A stretch of 64,000 nt of DNA, taken from assembly GCA_963708075.1 (NCBI GenBank), contig OY970194.1:800001-864000 (forward strand), given 5' to 3'. The notes under the pieces are model-generated. The model saw only the letters and a list, made by a program, of their open reading frames with translations. It did no database searches and was not told the origin of the DNA. A program made the translations under genes and the position numbers. Positions 18,665 to 28,419 of the stretch are shown one piece after another. Source of the DNA: Sedimentisphaerales bacterium (GTDB lineage: Bacteria > Planctomycetota > Phycisphaerae > Sedimentisphaerales > Anaerobacaceae). Each line of letters begins with the position of its first letter. Position 1 is the first letter of the stretch.

Positions 18665-18705
18665 TATGCCGGCGATCAGGAAGGCCAGGAGCTATACCAT
18701 GGAGG

Positions 18706-20787
18706 ATGGAAGAGACCGAATGTGGTCGGAATCAAGAAACTGAGCGTGTATTGAACCGAGCGAGCAATAAGGCAAGGCATGGCCCGGTAAAGGCATGGCC
18801 CGGCTACAGGGTCCTCGGAAGTGTGCTGTGTTGCGGGCTTGGTCTGATAATGTTGGGCGGCTGCAACGTGATCGTCCGGGGCCAGAAACGGCCTCTCGTC
18901 AAGAACCAGAGAATCCGCGGGGAACTCGAGACGGTCGTCGAGCATCGCGTGGATGAACGGAAAACGGGCGCCGATAAGCGTGAGAGTGAAAGCACAGTGT
19001 TTGAAGAACGGGCAAGAGTCAGGACCAGTGGTGACGTATACCATCCTGATTTCTTGAATTATGATGTCATGGTTGGGGCCGGGCTGGCTCAACAGAACAT
19101 CGAGTCCGATGATCTGTCCGGCTGGAGCACAGGGACTCTCGATGAATATCTCCTGTCCGCCCAGTTGTTGCGCTCCAAACCGTACACGGCCACCGTCAAT
19201 GCCACCAAGACGGAGGACTTGATTGCCCGGCAATTCCTGGGTCCGTTGCAGGCCGACCGCAAGAGTGAATCCGCGTCCCTGATTCTGCGCCCCGAGTCCT
19301 GGCCGATGTCATTTCAGTACAGCAGCAGCGAGACGAGCCAGGACGGCTTCGATCATCTTGCGTCGGACTTCTTTGCCCGCGAGGACGAACGCTTCCGATA
19401 CTCGGTCGATCACGATTTCAGCAAACTGTCGCACATCCACTTCGATTTTGACCGGACCGAGGCACGCCAGGAGACTGTAGGGGCCGTCGTCAACACAGAT
19501 ACGGACGCATACACGCTCTCGCATGATTACATGTTCGGCGAGGACGGGAAGCATCGCCTCGATTCCCTCTTCAATTACATCAACCAGAGCGGCTCGTTCG
19601 AGTTTGAGAACCTCCGCGCACAGGAGCGGCTGAGACTGCAGCACACGCCCAGCCTGCTCAGCAAGTACGATGTCCAGTACAGCAAACTGGAGCGAGAGGC
19701 ACTGGACAGCGAGCAGATTCGCGGCCAGGCGGGCATCGAGCACAGGTTGTTTGAGAGCCTGGTGACCGACTTGGACGGGTTCATCTCTGAAACCGATCTT
19801 GGGTCGGACGGGAAGCTTACGCAATACGGCGGGATCCTCGGCCTGAACTATCGAAAACTGAACCCGTGGGGCACCTTGTTCAGCAGCTACAGCGCCAGTA
19901 TCACTCGCAGCGACCAAACCGGCGGCGCCGGCAAAGGCTTCGTCGTCGGCGAAGCCCACATTGCCACTGACGTAGTCCCGATCGAGTTGGGCCGCACGAA
20001 TATCGATATCTCGACGATTCGCGTGACCTCCGCCCCCGGAAGCGGAGACGTGTTCCTGGAGGGGGATGACTACACGATCTCTCAAAGTAGCGGAAGGGTG
20101 TTCGTCAACACGATCGTCATCGGAGGCGTGGTGCCCCCGAACTTCACGGAGGGGCAGGAATTCTTCGTGGATTACGAGTTCTTCGTGGAGCCGGAGCGGC
20201 AGGAGGACACGTTCCGCCAGAGTTTCTCCATTCGTGAGCGGTTCAAGAATGGTATCTCAACGTACTACGGACTGCGCATGCAGGAGGAGACTGTAACCTC
20301 GACGATGGCCGACATCATCCCCGATGAGTATCTGGCCCATACGTTCGGCATCGACTATACGAACAAAGGCCTGTTCCTGCTGGCGGAGTACATGACGGAG
20401 GATTCCACGCTGATTCCCATGACCAGCACGAAGCTGGAAGGCCGATATCGGTGGCTGATCGGCCCCGCGACGACCGCCAGCCTGGGACTGACGAACCAGT
20501 GGCTGGAGTTTGAGGAGCCGGATGCCCGGGACGTGGACCTTTTCGAAGCCACCGCCGAGCTCTTCAGCCGATTGTCGGACAAGTACAGCATTTCCAGCTC
20601 GGTGGACTATCGTCATGAGGATGACACGCGATTCGGAATCACAAAGGGATTCCAGATTGACAACAAGCTTGAGTACCATTATCGGCAGTTCACTGCTACG
20701 ATTGGCGCCGAATTGAGTTTCCTGGAACGCCGCGATGACGAAATCGACAGTCTGTTCTTCTACATAAAAGCCCAACGGCGTTTCTGA
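18706..20787 (+). CDS. Large outer-membrane beta-barrel (porin of a porin-cytochrome conduit or exporter)
   Basis: Alternating amphipathic beta-strands throughout, terminal ...FFYIKAQRRF, lipobox-like LGGC and no heme motifs. Confidence 0.78.
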   Translation: MEETECGRNQETERVLNRASNKARHGPVKAWPGYRVLGSVLCCGLGLIMLGGCNVIVRGQKRPLVKNQRIRGELETVVEHRVDERKTGADKRESESTVFEERARVRTSGDVYHPDFLNYDVMVGAGLAQQNIESDDLSGWSTGTLDEYLLSAQLLRSKPYTATVNATKTEDLIARQFLGPLQADRKSESASLILRPESWPMSFQYSSSETSQDGFDHLASDFFAREDERFRYSVDHDFSKLSHIHFDFDRTEARQETVGAVVNTDTDAYTLSHDYMFGEDGKHRLDSLFNYINQSGSFEFENLRAQERLRLQHTPSLLSKYDVQYSKLEREALDSEQIRGQAGIEHRLFESLVTDLDGFISETDLGSDGKLTQYGGILGLNYRKLNPWGTLFSSYSASITRSDQTGGAGKGFVVGEAHIATDVVPIELGRTNIDISTIRVTSAPGSGDVFLEGDDYTISQSSGRVFVNTIVIGGVVPPNFTEGQEFFVDYEFFVEPERQEDTFRQSFSIRERFKNGISTYYGLRMQEETVTSTMADIIPDEYLAHTFGIDYTNKGLFLLAEYMTEDSTLIPMTSTKLEGRYRWLIGPATTASLGLTNQWLEFEEPDARDVDLFEATAELFSRLSDKYSISSSVDYRHEDDTRFGITKGFQIDNKLEYHYRQFTATIGAELSFLERRDDEIDSLFFYIKAQRRF

Positions 20788-20813
20788 CCTGTACGTCAGG
20801 AGTCTCTGGAGTT

Positions 20814-21878
20814 ATGAAAATTCGACAAAGCGGCCAACGGAGATGCTCAGCAGGACTTGGGGTCCTTGTGGTCACGCTGCTTCTGGCAGGTGCCGGATGC
20901 GGCCCGCAGCGGCCCGCGCTCTTAAATCGGGCGGAGGCGACACTGGTTTGGCCCAAGCCGCCCGAGCAGCCTCGCATCAGGTACCTCGGAGCGGTGTCCA
21001 CGGAAGCCGACATGGAAAAGCGAGGCTCGCTGCTCGACGGCATCGGTGAATTGCTGTTCGGTGCCAAACCCATGGGCGTTCTGGTGTCGCCCTACGCGGT
21101 GGCCGTGGATCCGACAGGGGTCCTGTACGTGGCGGATTCCGCAGGTGCGGCCGTGCACGCGTTCAACCTCAGAACGCGCGACTACCGCCAGTTTTCCTCG
21201 CTGGGCAAAGAGGCCGGGCTCCAGAAGCCCGTCGCATTGACGACGCTGACCGATCGGGTGTACGTCGTGGACAGTGTCCGGCACGAGGTCTGTGTCTTTA
21301 AGAAGACCGGTGAGTTCGTTTTCGCCTTTGGACGGGATCAGCTCGAAAGGCCCGCCGGCATCGCCTGCCGACGTCCGGAAGGCACGATCTACGTGGCCGA
21401 TGCGGGCAACCATGCCCTTTATGTGTTCAGTCATGAAGGCCAGTTCATCCGGAAGATTGGGACGCGCGGGATCGACGCCGGTCAATTCAATTTCCCCACG
21501 CATCTTCACATCGATGAGGCGGGGCAGCTCTACGTGAGCGACACCCTGAATTACCGCGTTCAAGTACTCGGGCCGGACGACAGGTTCGTGAAAGTGTTCG
21601 GGGACCAGGGCGACCGGCCGGGCAATTTCGCCCATCCGTGTGGCGTCGCCACCGACCATGCCGGAAACATCTATGTAATTGACCGTCAGTTCGAGAATGT
21701 GCAGATCTTCGATCCGCAAGGACGCATCCTGATGGCGTTCGGTGAGGAGGGGAGTGATCCCGGCCAGTTCTGGCTGCCGGCAGGCATCTGTGTCGATGTG
21801 CATGACAGGATCTATGTGGCGGATTCATATAACAAGAGGGTTCAGGTGTTCGAGTTTCTGAAGGAAGGCGGAAAATGA
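20814..21878 (+). CDS. NHL-repeat beta-propeller lipoprotein
   Basis: Lipobox-like GAGC, LVWPKPPEQPRIRYL and multiple FxxPxGI/V...IYVxD...RVQVF repeats. Confidence 0.92.
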   Translation: MKIRQSGQRRCSAGLGVLVVTLLLAGAGCGPQRPALLNRAEATLVWPKPPEQPRIRYLGAVSTEADMEKRGSLLDGIGELLFGAKPMGVLVSPYAVAVDPTGVLYVADSAGAAVHAFNLRTRDYRQFSSLGKEAGLQKPVALTTLTDRVYVVDSVRHEVCVFKKTGEFVFAFGRDQLERPAGIACRRPEGTIYVADAGNHALYVFSHEGQFIRKIGTRGIDAGQFNFPTHLHIDEAGQLYVSDTLNYRVQVLGPDDRFVKVFGDQGDRPGNFAHPCGVATDHAGNIYVIDRQFENVQIFDPQGRILMAFGEEGSDPGQFWLPAGICVDVHDRIYVADSYNKRVQVFEFLKEGGK

Positions 21879-23527
21879 GGAAATGGCCCGCCAGGACGGC
21901 TGTGATATGGCTCGCGACGCTTGGAGTATCGGGCGCGTTGGCCGGCAGTGGCTCGATTCAGGGCACGCCCCACGACCTGTCCCCGGTCGCAGGCGGGGCG
22001 GCCTGCAGTTTCTGCCATACCCCGCACGGAGCCATGCCCGGCACTCCCCTGTGGAGCCACACGCTTTCCACGGCCGTCTATAAAATCTATGAAAGCTCCT
22101 CGCTGGAAGCGAGAGTCGGCCAGCCGACGGGCTCCAGCAAACTGTGCTTGAGCTGCCACGATGGCACAGTGGCATTGACGGAGACCATCACCGGCGGAAC
22201 CGGCGGCGCCTATATTTCTGCCGGGGGCGCCAACCTGGGGACCGACTTATCTGATGACCACCCGATCAGCTTCGTCTATTCATCGGGCCTGTCCGCTGAG
22301 GACTCCCAGATCCGGCCACCCGTCGGGTTGCCCGAGCCGCTGAAACTGGACCGTTCCGGCGAATTGCAGTGCACGACGTGCCACGACGCTCACAACAATC
22401 ACTACGGCAACTTCCTCGTGATGTCCAACACGGGATCGCAGATGTGCGTGAGCTGCCACGACCTGAACGGTTGGACCACGTCGGCGCACGAGAGTTCCGG
22501 TGTTCTGGTCGCCGGGGCCAGCGACCCTTACCTGCAGGAGGGGGATCGCGGAACCCTCGCGGAGGTCGCCTGTCTTGCCTGCCACAGGCCGCACGGCGCC
22601 GGTGGCCATGAAAGGCTCCTCCATTTCGCCCAGATCGAAGACAATTGCCTGAATTGCCACGATGGCATGGTGGCCGGCACGAACATCAAAACGGATATGC
22701 TCAAGCTCAGCCGGCACAATGTGTTCCAGTATCGAGACGTTCATGATCCCACGGAGGTGGCCTCCGCGGCGCCCATGCACGTCGAATGCGTCGATTGCCA
22801 TAATCCTCATGCCGTGCAGCGAGCCCTCGTTCAGCCTCCAATGATCCCCGGCGCCATGCAGAGCGTTTCGGGCGTCACCGTCACCGGCTCCGTGACGGCG
22901 CATGCCCAGTTTGGGTATGAAGTCTGCTTCAAGTGCCATGCCGACAACCCGGAGCGCCCTCTGTCCGACATCACGCGGCAGATCACCCAGACGAATACCC
23001 GCCTCGAATTTGAGCCGTCAGGACCCTCATTTCACCCGGTGGTATCGCCGGGCGTGAATCCGAATGTCCCGAGTCTGATCCCGCCAATGACTGTGGCCAC
23101 GGTCATCAATTGCACCGACTGCCACAGTTCGGATGCGACGTCATCGGCGAGGGGGCCGCATGGGTCCGTCTATCGGCCCCTGCTCGCGGATCGCTACGAG
23201 ACAGTGGACTTCACCCCGGAGAATAGCTCCTCGTACGCGCTGTGTTACCGTTGCCACAGCCGCAACAGCATTCTCGGCGACCAGAGTTTCGCCGGCCACA
23301 GCGAGCACTTGGAAAACGGGATTCCATGCTCGGCCTGTCACGATGCGCACGGCATTAACGCGTCCCAGGGCTCAACGACGAACAACAGCCACCTGATCAA
23401 TTTCGACGTGGTGATCGTTCGGCCGGACCCTGTCACAGGACGGCAGGTCTTCGAGGATTCGGGCGTGTTTCACGGCCAGTGCTACCTGTCCTGTCATGGC
23501 GAAAACCATTCTCCGAAGGGATATTGA
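21875..23527 (+). CDS. Secreted 12-heme cytochrome c with N-terminal OmcE-like tetraheme module
   Basis: SIQGTPHDLS...CSFCHTPH...PLWSH...SKLCLSCHDG...ANLGTDLSDDHPISF...CTTCHDAH...MCVSCH, then 7 more CxxCH and CYLSCH. Confidence 0.9.
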   Translation: MRKWPARTAVIWLATLGVSGALAGSGSIQGTPHDLSPVAGGAACSFCHTPHGAMPGTPLWSHTLSTAVYKIYESSSLEARVGQPTGSSKLCLSCHDGTVALTETITGGTGGAYISAGGANLGTDLSDDHPISFVYSSGLSAEDSQIRPPVGLPEPLKLDRSGELQCTTCHDAHNNHYGNFLVMSNTGSQMCVSCHDLNGWTTSAHESSGVLVAGASDPYLQEGDRGTLAEVACLACHRPHGAGGHERLLHFAQIEDNCLNCHDGMVAGTNIKTDMLKLSRHNVFQYRDVHDPTEVASAAPMHVECVDCHNPHAVQRALVQPPMIPGAMQSVSGVTVTGSVTAHAQFGYEVCFKCHADNPERPLSDITRQITQTNTRLEFEPSGPSFHPVVSPGVNPNVPSLIPPMTVATVINCTDCHSSDATSSARGPHGSVYRPLLADRYETVDFTPENSSSYALCYRCHSRNSILGDQSFAGHSEHLENGIPCSACHDAHGINASQGSTTNNSHLINFDVVIVRPDPVTGRQVFEDSGVFHGQCYLSCHGENHSPKGY

Positions 23528-23528
23528 G

Positions 23529-23927
23529 ATGAATAGAAAAACGATCCTGAAAATTGGCGTCGGAATCCTCGTCATTGGCGGGGGCATCGGCTATTTCATG
23601 TTCCAGGCGATGCAGTCGTCCTGGGCCTACTACTACTCAGTCGATGATTTTGCCGCCGCGGGCGCGGCCGGGCAAGGGCAGTCGTTTCGATTGGCCGGAC
23701 GAGTCAAGCCGGGAAGCATCGAGCGAGACCTGGAAAACGTGACACTGCGATTCACGCTCGCGGGCGCTCAGGCAGAGCTGCCCGTGCAGTACAAGGGTGT
23801 GACGCCGGACAATTTCGTCGAGGACCGGGAGGTGGTCGTGGAGGGCCGTCTGGCGTCCGGCGGCGTGTTCCAGGCCGACACCTTGATGACCCGTTGTGAA
23901 TCGAAGTACCAGGCGAAAGTAGAATAG
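23529..23927 (+). CDS. ccmE: Heme chaperone CcmE (CxxxY variant)
   Basis: N-terminal TM helix, RLAGRVKPGSI, YKGVTPDNF, VVVEG and TRCESKY. Confidence 0.93.
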   Translation: MNRKTILKIGVGILVIGGGIGYFMFQAMQSSWAYYYSVDDFAAAGAAGQGQSFRLAGRVKPGSIERDLENVTLRFTLAGAQAELPVQYKGVTPDNFVEDREVVVEGRLASGGVFQADTLMTRCESKYQAKVE

Positions 23928-23929
23928 AC

Positions 23930-25867
23930 ATGGCGGAATTAGGACAGTTTGCCCTGCGGCTCGGGCTGTTCCTGAGCGTCTACGCGATTCTCGCGGACCT
24001 GCTTGGCCGTTGGCGAAATCGCGGTGAATTGCTCGTAAGCACGCGCAACGCGACGATCGGCTGCCTGTTGTGCTTGACGGTTGCCGCCGCTGCGCTGTTG
24101 GTTCTCCTCGTGCAGGGTGACTTCGCTGTCAATTATGTGGCGGAGCACACCGCCCGCGCGCTGCCGCTTGTCTATAAACTGACAGCGTTCTGGGCTGGCG
24201 CGGCCGGGTCCTTGCTGCTATGGCTGTGGCTCCAGACCGGTTTCATCGTTTTTGCCTTCTCTAAGTGCGGCGGCGGTCTCGATCGATTTTGTGCCGGCGC
24301 CCGGGTGGCGGCGAACCTGGTGGCGGCGTTCTTCCTCCTGGTGCTGATTTTCGACAAGGACCCGTTCCGTACGTCGCTGACGACGCCCGGCGATGGTGCG
24401 GGGCTCAATCCGTTGTTGCAGCATCCGGCGATGGTTCTGCATCCTCCGGCGCTGTTCCTGGGCTATGCCGCGTTCGCCGTGCCCTTTGTGTGGGCGTTGG
24501 CCGCCCTGAAGAGAGAAGACTCGAACGGTTCTCCCGTCCTGTTCGATCGCGCGCGCAATTGGTCGCTGTTTGCCTGGATATTCCTGACTATCGGCATCGG
24601 CCTGGGGGCGTGGTGGGCCTACGAAGAACTCGGCTGGGGCGGCTACTGGGCGTGGGACCCGGTGGAGAACTCCTCCTTGATGCCGTGGCTCACGGGGACC
24701 GCTCTGCTGCACTGTGCGCGTACCTACCGGGCCAATTCCAGGACCGCGACGTGGTTCATGGTTCTGGCGATTGTGACGTTCAGTCTCTGCATCTTTGGGA
24801 CGTTCCTGACACGGTACGGCCTGGTCTCAAGCGTTCACGCCTTCCCCGATCCGGGACTGGGCATCCTGTTTATCGTGCTCCTGGGCATCATCGGGGCGGT
24901 CGCGGGGTTCTTATTCCTGCGCCGCTATTTACAGGACAGGTCGAAATCGCAAGCCGAAGGCCGCAGCGTCCGGTTTGTTGTGTGGAACAACTGGCTCATG
25001 TTGCTGCTGACCTTCGTGGTCCTCGCGGGCACGCTGTTCCCGTTCTTCAGCGGGCTCCTCAGCGACCACCAGATCACCCTGAAGCCCGAGTATTTCACGA
25101 AGATCACAGCCCCCGGCGGGCTATTGCTTCTGCTTCTGCTTGGCGTCTGTCCGCATCTGATCCACCATGGACTCGGCAGAAGTTGGCGAATCCTCGGCGC
25201 GGTCCTTGCCGGCGTAGCGGCGGCGCTGATCTGGGTGTTCGCAAAGAATCTGGCTGTTGCGTATCTTGTCGTCTGCGCGTTCGTCGGATTGAATCTGGCG
25301 GCGGATTTCGTACAGCGGTATATCCGTCGCCGTGCATCTGCCGGCGTGCGTACTCTGTCTCCCGTTTTTCGGTGGTATGGGGCGAGGATTGTGCACATTG
25401 GGGCGCTGCTGACTTTTGTGGGAATCGCCGGCTCCGGGGGATTTGACGTTGAGAAACAGGTCGCCCTCAGGCCGGGTGAACGGACCCAGGTCGGCAAATT
25501 CGAGCTTGCGTATGACGATCTGGATGCGAGTCACGGCCCTAACTTCACCGCCGTGACCGCTGCTGTGTCGGTGTACAAGGGCGACAAGCGGATCGGTGAG
25601 CTTTCGCCGGCCGTCGCCTTCTATGGGCGATCCGACAAGCGCACGAGCGAGGTGGACATCCGGCGGACCCTGGCGAGCGATCTCTACGTCGCCTTGACGG
25701 AAGTCGACAGCGCCACGAAGTTGATTAACCTGACGATCTTTATCAAGCCGCTGATCAATTGGATCTGGATCGGCAGTGGTCTGATGGTGGCTGGGGCAGT
25801 GCTCGTGATCGCCGCCGCGGTCGGTCGCGGGCGAGGCAATTCTCAAGAGGACATGGTTGAAGCATGA
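23930..25867 (+). CDS. ccmF: Heme lyase CcmF
   Basis: WAGAAGSLLLW, GLNPLLQHPAMVLHPP, WAYEELGWGGYWAWDPVENSS and SVHAF. Confidence 0.96.
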   Translation: MAELGQFALRLGLFLSVYAILADLLGRWRNRGELLVSTRNATIGCLLCLTVAAAALLVLLVQGDFAVNYVAEHTARALPLVYKLTAFWAGAAGSLLLWLWLQTGFIVFAFSKCGGGLDRFCAGARVAANLVAAFFLLVLIFDKDPFRTSLTTPGDGAGLNPLLQHPAMVLHPPALFLGYAAFAVPFVWALAALKREDSNGSPVLFDRARNWSLFAWIFLTIGIGLGAWWAYEELGWGGYWAWDPVENSSLMPWLTGTALLHCARTYRANSRTATWFMVLAIVTFSLCIFGTFLTRYGLVSSVHAFPDPGLGILFIVLLGIIGAVAGFLFLRRYLQDRSKSQAEGRSVRFVVWNNWLMLLLTFVVLAGTLFPFFSGLLSDHQITLKPEYFTKITAPGGLLLLLLLGVCPHLIHHGLGRSWRILGAVLAGVAAALIWVFAKNLAVAYLVVCAFVGLNLAADFVQRYIRRRASAGVRTLSPVFRWYGARIVHIGALLTFVGIAGSGGFDVEKQVALRPGERTQVGKFELAYDDLDASHGPNFTAVTAAVSVYKGDKRIGELSPAVAFYGRSDKRTSEVDIRRTLASDLYVALTEVDSATKLINLTIFIKPLINWIWIGSGLMVAGAVLVIAAAVGRGRGNSQEDMVEA

Positions 25868-25971
25868 TGAGCCTGAAATGGATTCTGTTACTTGTATGCG
25901 TAGCCCTAGTGGTCTGGCCGCTACTGGCAAAAGGCCAGGGGCAAGGCAATGGAGATAGGAAGTCATCGTGA
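25864..25971 (+). CDS. Small single-TM protein, 35 aa (not in ORF track)
   Basis: MMSLKWILLLVCVALVVWPLLAKGQGQGNGDRKSS*. ATGA overlap with the ccmF stop and GTGA overlap with the next start. Confidence 0.65.
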   Translation: MMSLKWILLLVCVALVVWPLLAKGQGQGNGDRKSS

Positions 25972-26951
25972 GATACTTTTGGATCACAACGGCTTTCATG
26001 GCCCTGTTTACCCCATCGTCGGGCAATGCTGCGGAGGCGTCGTCGCAGGCTAAGGTCACGGTGGTGGTCACGAATGGCACTGCGAATGGGACAGCCGTCG
26101 AAGGGGATGAGGTTAAGCTCCTGCTCTACAAGGGCCAGGAGCAGATCGATTCACGGTCGGCGAAAGTCGGGCAGGACGGCAAGGCCGTCTTTGAGAACGT
26201 TCCGGCGGGAGAGGGCTTGGCCGTAGTTGCTCGTGCGAAACACCAGAACATGGCCTTCAACAGCCAGCCCGTGCTCCTGGGGTCCGCCTCTGGGGAGGCA
26301 TCGGCGAGTGTACAGGTATTCGATGTCTCCACGGACACGTCGAAGCTGTCCATCGGCACGCATCACATCATAGTCGCAGCACGCTCGATGTCGCTGGAAT
26401 TCAAGGAGTTCATGCAACTGCGCAACCCTTCCGATATGGCGATCACAGGCTCGCAAAGAGACGACCAGAATAGGCCCATCGTGATTGCGATTCGCCTGCC
26501 GAAGGGCTTCAGGGACCTGGCGACGTCCAGCTATCTCGAACAGGAATCGCTGGTCGTGACCGCGGAGGGCTTCTACGATGTTCTGGCTGTACCCCCGGGC
26601 GAGCACGAGGTCACGTTCTCCTACAAGCTCGATATCGGCCGCAGCCCGATGAGCATCTCCAAGGAAATCACACTGCCGACGTCGGAGCTTATGATCTTCT
26701 GGGAACAGGGACAGGGCCGGCTTGAAGGGCTCGGCGAGCCCACCGGCCGGATCACGAACGCCGATGGGATCCCGGTGGAGTACTATCTTCGGGCCAATGT
26801 AAAGCCGGGCGATCAGATCGCTTTTCAGATCTCCGGGCTCAAGGCGAAGCACTCGGACTCAGAGACTTGGATCCTTCTGGCGGTGGTGTTTGCAGCGATC
26901 GTCATTATCGCTCTCCTGCGGCTCCGCGCCGCGTCAACGAGGCCGGGGTGA
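25968..26951 (+). CDS. Periplasmic beta-sandwich protein with C-terminal TM anchor (ccm-associated hypothetical)
   Basis: Signal peptide, V.NGT...DGKAVFENV prealbumin-like segment and a C-terminal hydrophobic helix with basic tail. Confidence 0.75.
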   Translation: MRYFWITTAFMALFTPSSGNAAEASSQAKVTVVVTNGTANGTAVEGDEVKLLLYKGQEQIDSRSAKVGQDGKAVFENVPAGEGLAVVARAKHQNMAFNSQPVLLGSASGEASASVQVFDVSTDTSKLSIGTHHIIVAARSMSLEFKEFMQLRNPSDMAITGSQRDDQNRPIVIAIRLPKGFRDLATSSYLEQESLVVTAEGFYDVLAVPPGEHEVTFSYKLDIGRSPMSISKEITLPTSELMIFWEQGQGRLEGLGEPTGRITNADGIPVEYYLRANVKPGDQIAFQISGLKAKHSDSETWILLAVVFAAIVIIALLRLRAASTRPG

Positions 26952-26955
26952 TTGC

Positions 26956-27699
26956 ATGCACGAGACAGCGGCAAAAGGCGGTCTGACGAGCATGGCTTTG
27001 AGCGTGCACGGTGTAAGCAAGACGTTCGTGACAAGGCCCGTGTTGAGGGGCATCGACTTTGCCGTGCCGATGGGCCAGGCTGTCTGCCTGTGCGGGATCA
27101 ACGGCGCCGGAAAAAGCACCTTGTTGCGGATCATCGCGGGGCTCCTTCGCCCCGATCACGGCACCGTGATTGTCAATGGTTTTGATGTTCGCAAACACGC
27201 GGAAGCTGCCAAACGGCAACTCGGCATGATCTCTCACGCCAGCATGGTGTACCCGGAGTTGACCGTTTTGGAGAATCTCGCGTTCGCAGCGCGTCTGTAC
27301 GGCGTGTCCGACCGCGCTGCACGAATTGAGGAACTCCTGGCCGGCACAGCGCTGAGTTCATTCCGGCACGACAGGGCCGGGATTCTCTCCCGTGGGCTCT
27401 CACAGAGACTCGCGATCGCGCGAGCCTTGTTGCACAGGCCCACAGTGCTGCTGGCGGATGAGCCATTCACAGGTCTGGATGCCGATGTTTCAGAGCGGCT
27501 GGTCGCGATCTTCGACCAGTTCGTACGCGGCGGGGGCACGATTCTCATGACGACCCACGATACGCGCATGGGACTCCGCTGCTGCCAGCGAGTCGTTGTT
27601 TTGGACAAAGGCGTCCTTGTTCTCGACAAGATGAAGAATGAGATCGATTCCGAGCAGTTCGCCGGTGATTATTTGTCCTATGCAAGGAGCATGAGTTGA
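26956..27699 (+). CDS. ccmA: Heme ABC exporter ATPase CcmA
   Basis: GINGAGKSTL, LSRGLSQRLAIARAL and LLADEPFTGLD, in ccm context. Confidence 0.9.
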   Translation: MHETAAKGGLTSMALSVHGVSKTFVTRPVLRGIDFAVPMGQAVCLCGINGAGKSTLLRIIAGLLRPDHGTVIVNGFDVRKHAEAAKRQLGMISHASMVYPELTVLENLAFAARLYGVSDRAARIEELLAGTALSSFRHDRAGILSRGLSQRLAIARALLHRPTVLLADEPFTGLDADVSERLVAIFDQFVRGGGTILMTTHDTRMGLRCCQRVVVLDKGVLVLDKMKNEIDSEQFAGDYLSYARSMS

Positions 27700-28415
27700 G
27701 AGAATTGTGGCTGGGTCTGCGAGCCATCATCATCAAGGACATCGTCGTCGAGCTTCGGGCCAGGCAGGTCCTGCCGACGATGGTGGTCCTGGGCATGCTC
27801 ATTGTCTTCATTCTGCGCATGGCCTCGGAGCCCGGCTCAGCAACCATCGGCGGGGCGGTCATGGGCGTCGCCGCCCTGTGGATCGCTTTTCTCTTCTCGG
27901 GCTTGCTGGCCCAGGAGCGGTCCTTTGCCGCCGAGCAGCAAAATGGGTGCATGGACGGGCTGCTGTTGGCCCCGCTCGACGTCGGGACGATTTACCTTGC
28001 CAAGCTGTTGGCCAACGTGATCATGCTGACGATCTTCGAAATGATCGTGGTCCCCATCGCGATCATATCCTTCAATCTGCATATCGCCGGTGGATGGCTG
28101 CGGCTCGCAGCCATTCTGCTGCTGGGCAATCTTGGTATCTCCAGCATCGGGACGCTGTTCTCGGCGGCGGTCCAACTCACGCGGACCCGCGGATCGCTGC
28201 TGAGCATCGTAGTCCTTGTCATCCTCATGCCGATGATGATCCCCGCAACCTTCGCGTTGCTCGTACTGTTCGGAGCCATGCCGGAGCAAGTCGGCGGGTC
28301 CGGCACACTCGCGTTCGTTGGCAGTTTCAGGGCCGCCATCGGCTATATGCTCGCGTTTGACGCTGTTTTCGTCGTGGCCTCCTGGCTGCTTTTTGGGGTT
28401 GTTGTAGAGGAGTAG
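27696..28415 (+). CDS. ccmB: Heme exporter permease CcmB
   Basis: KDIVVELR, SFAAEQQNGCMDGLLLAP, YLAKLL and about 6 TM helices. Confidence 0.92.
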   Translation: MRELWLGLRAIIIKDIVVELRARQVLPTMVVLGMLIVFILRMASEPGSATIGGAVMGVAALWIAFLFSGLLAQERSFAAEQQNGCMDGLLLAPLDVGTIYLAKLLANVIMLTIFEMIVVPIAIISFNLHIAGGWLRLAAILLLGNLGISSIGTLFSAAVQLTRTRGSLLSIVVLVILMPMMIPATFALLVLFGAMPEQVGGSGTLAFVGSFRAAIGYMLAFDAVFVVASWLLFGVVVEE

Positions 28416-28419
28416 GCGA

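Noticed and set aside
12423..20787. Naming these genes mtrA/mtrB or omcS
   Set aside because: Heme counts (15, 4, 5) and motifs do not match decaheme MtrA or hexaheme OmcS. The analogy is functional only.
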